Shown here: one piece after another, positions 63,438-64,000 of the stretch
How the letters are laid out: the number at the start of each line of letters is the position of its first letter
Numbering within the stretch: the stretch's first letter is position 1
Assembly: GCA_016699715.1 (NCBI GenBank)
Contig: CP065007.1
Location: 563,950 to 627,949 of the forward strand
Source of the DNA: Candidatus Competibacteraceae bacterium
Lineage (GTDB): Bacteria > Pseudomonadota > Gammaproteobacteria > Competibacterales > Competibacteraceae
Direction of reading: 5' to 3'
Length of the DNA stretch: 64,000 bases
Notes under the pieces: model-generated
The model's input: only the letters and a program-made list of their open reading frames with translations
Told to the model about the DNA's origin: nothing
Databases searched by the model: none
Position numbers and translations under genes: made by a program

Positions 63438-63453
63438 TGTCTCGCAATCCGTG

Positions 63454-64000
63454 ATGATCGACTCGCAATCGCTACGTCGACAGCTTCGTGCCTTGCGGCG
63501 CGGTCTATCCCCCGCCGCGCGCCAACAGGCCGCGCTGGCCGTCGCTCGTCGTCTGGAATCCTGGCCGTTGGCTCGCGCCATTCGGATTGCCGGTTACTGG
63601 GCTTGCGATGGCGAGTTGGACCCAGAGCCGTTGCTGAAACGAGCCTGGACCGAAGACCGACAGATTTTTCTGCCGGTGTTGGCCGGCGAACCGCCGCGCT
63701 CGCTCCGGTTCGCGCCCTACCGGGCCGGCGCGCCGCTGCGCCGCAACCGATTCGATATCCCCGAACCCGAGGTTGCGCCGGCGGAATGCTTGCAAGCCGC
63801 GGATCTGGATCTGGTCCTGGTGCCGCTGGTGGCTTTCGATTCGACCGGTACCCGCCTCGGCATGGGAGGGGGGTTCTACGATCGCAGCTTCGCTTTTCCG
63901 CGCGGTGCGAACGAACTGGGCCGAAGGCCCTACCTGTTGGGGGTGGGCTATGAATTCCAAGCGGTTGCCGAACTGGTTCGGCAACCGTGGGATGTACCGC
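63454..64000 (+). CDS. ygfA: 5-formyltetrahydrofolate cyclo-ligase (partial; runs off the window end)
   Basis: Absent from the track (no stop in the window). Manual translation from ATG 63454: MIDSQSLRRQLRALRRGLSPAARQQAALAVARRL...IFLPVL...FDIPEP...DLVLVPLVAFDSTGTRLGMGGGFYDR... Confidence 0.85.
   Translation, partial: MIDSQSLRRQLRALRRGLSPAARQQAALAVARRLESWPLARAIRIAGYWACDGELDPEPLLKRAWTEDRQIFLPVLAGEPPRSLRFAPYRAGAPLRRNRFDIPEPEVAPAECLQAADLDLVLVPLVAFDSTGTRLGMGGGFYDRSFAFPRGANELGRRPYLLGVGYEFQAVAELVRQPWDVP

Overview
High-GC chromosomal window that looks gammaproteobacterial, based on ygfB-pepP-ubiH-ubiI and zapA-ssrS-ygfA synteny at the 3' end. All calls come from by-eye translation and motif recognition; no searches were run.

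Contents in order:
- A partial IS4-family IS, a UPF0104-like membrane protein, a Bcr/CflA MFS pump and an orphan OmpR-type regulator abutting a truncated yjgA.
- Pyruvate dehydrogenase genes aceE-aceF-lpdA; lpdA carries a 1-nt frameshift.
- Two transglutaminase-like genes flanking cspA and an intact ISAzo13-family IS (29-bp IRs, 5-bp TSD), then a DUF72 gene.
- A ~14.6-kb block (15.9-30.5 kb) that I rate the most unusual part. A Hanks-type Ser/Thr kinase is transcribed divergently from three overlapping genes: a 1067-aa class-B-PBP-like protein whose SxxK/SxN/KTG motifs read SAFE/SAR/KAG, a SEDS/RodA-like protein with a ~300-aa N-terminal extension, and a canonical FHA protein. These converge on a translationally coupled envelope operon (two coiled-coil lipoproteins, a TPR protein, a TPR-trypsin-like protease). 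A membrane-anchored, divergent TerD-like protein and an FGE-domain fragment follow.
- Cytochrome c4, an Fe(3+) ABC importer with a Fur-box-like dyad, a lone AHAS large subunit, adk and a GAF-PAS-GGDEF-EAL protein.
- A Pil-Chp-like chemosensory operon interrupted by two periplasmic ligand-binding proteins and lacking CheR/CheB, followed by IS debris and a paralogous binding-protein gene.
- A Rieske/ABC-2 exporter module fused to the ubi operon, then 6S RNA.

No tRNA, rRNA or CRISPR array was seen. Many long ORFs in the track are antisense or alternate-frame shadows typical of high-GC DNA.
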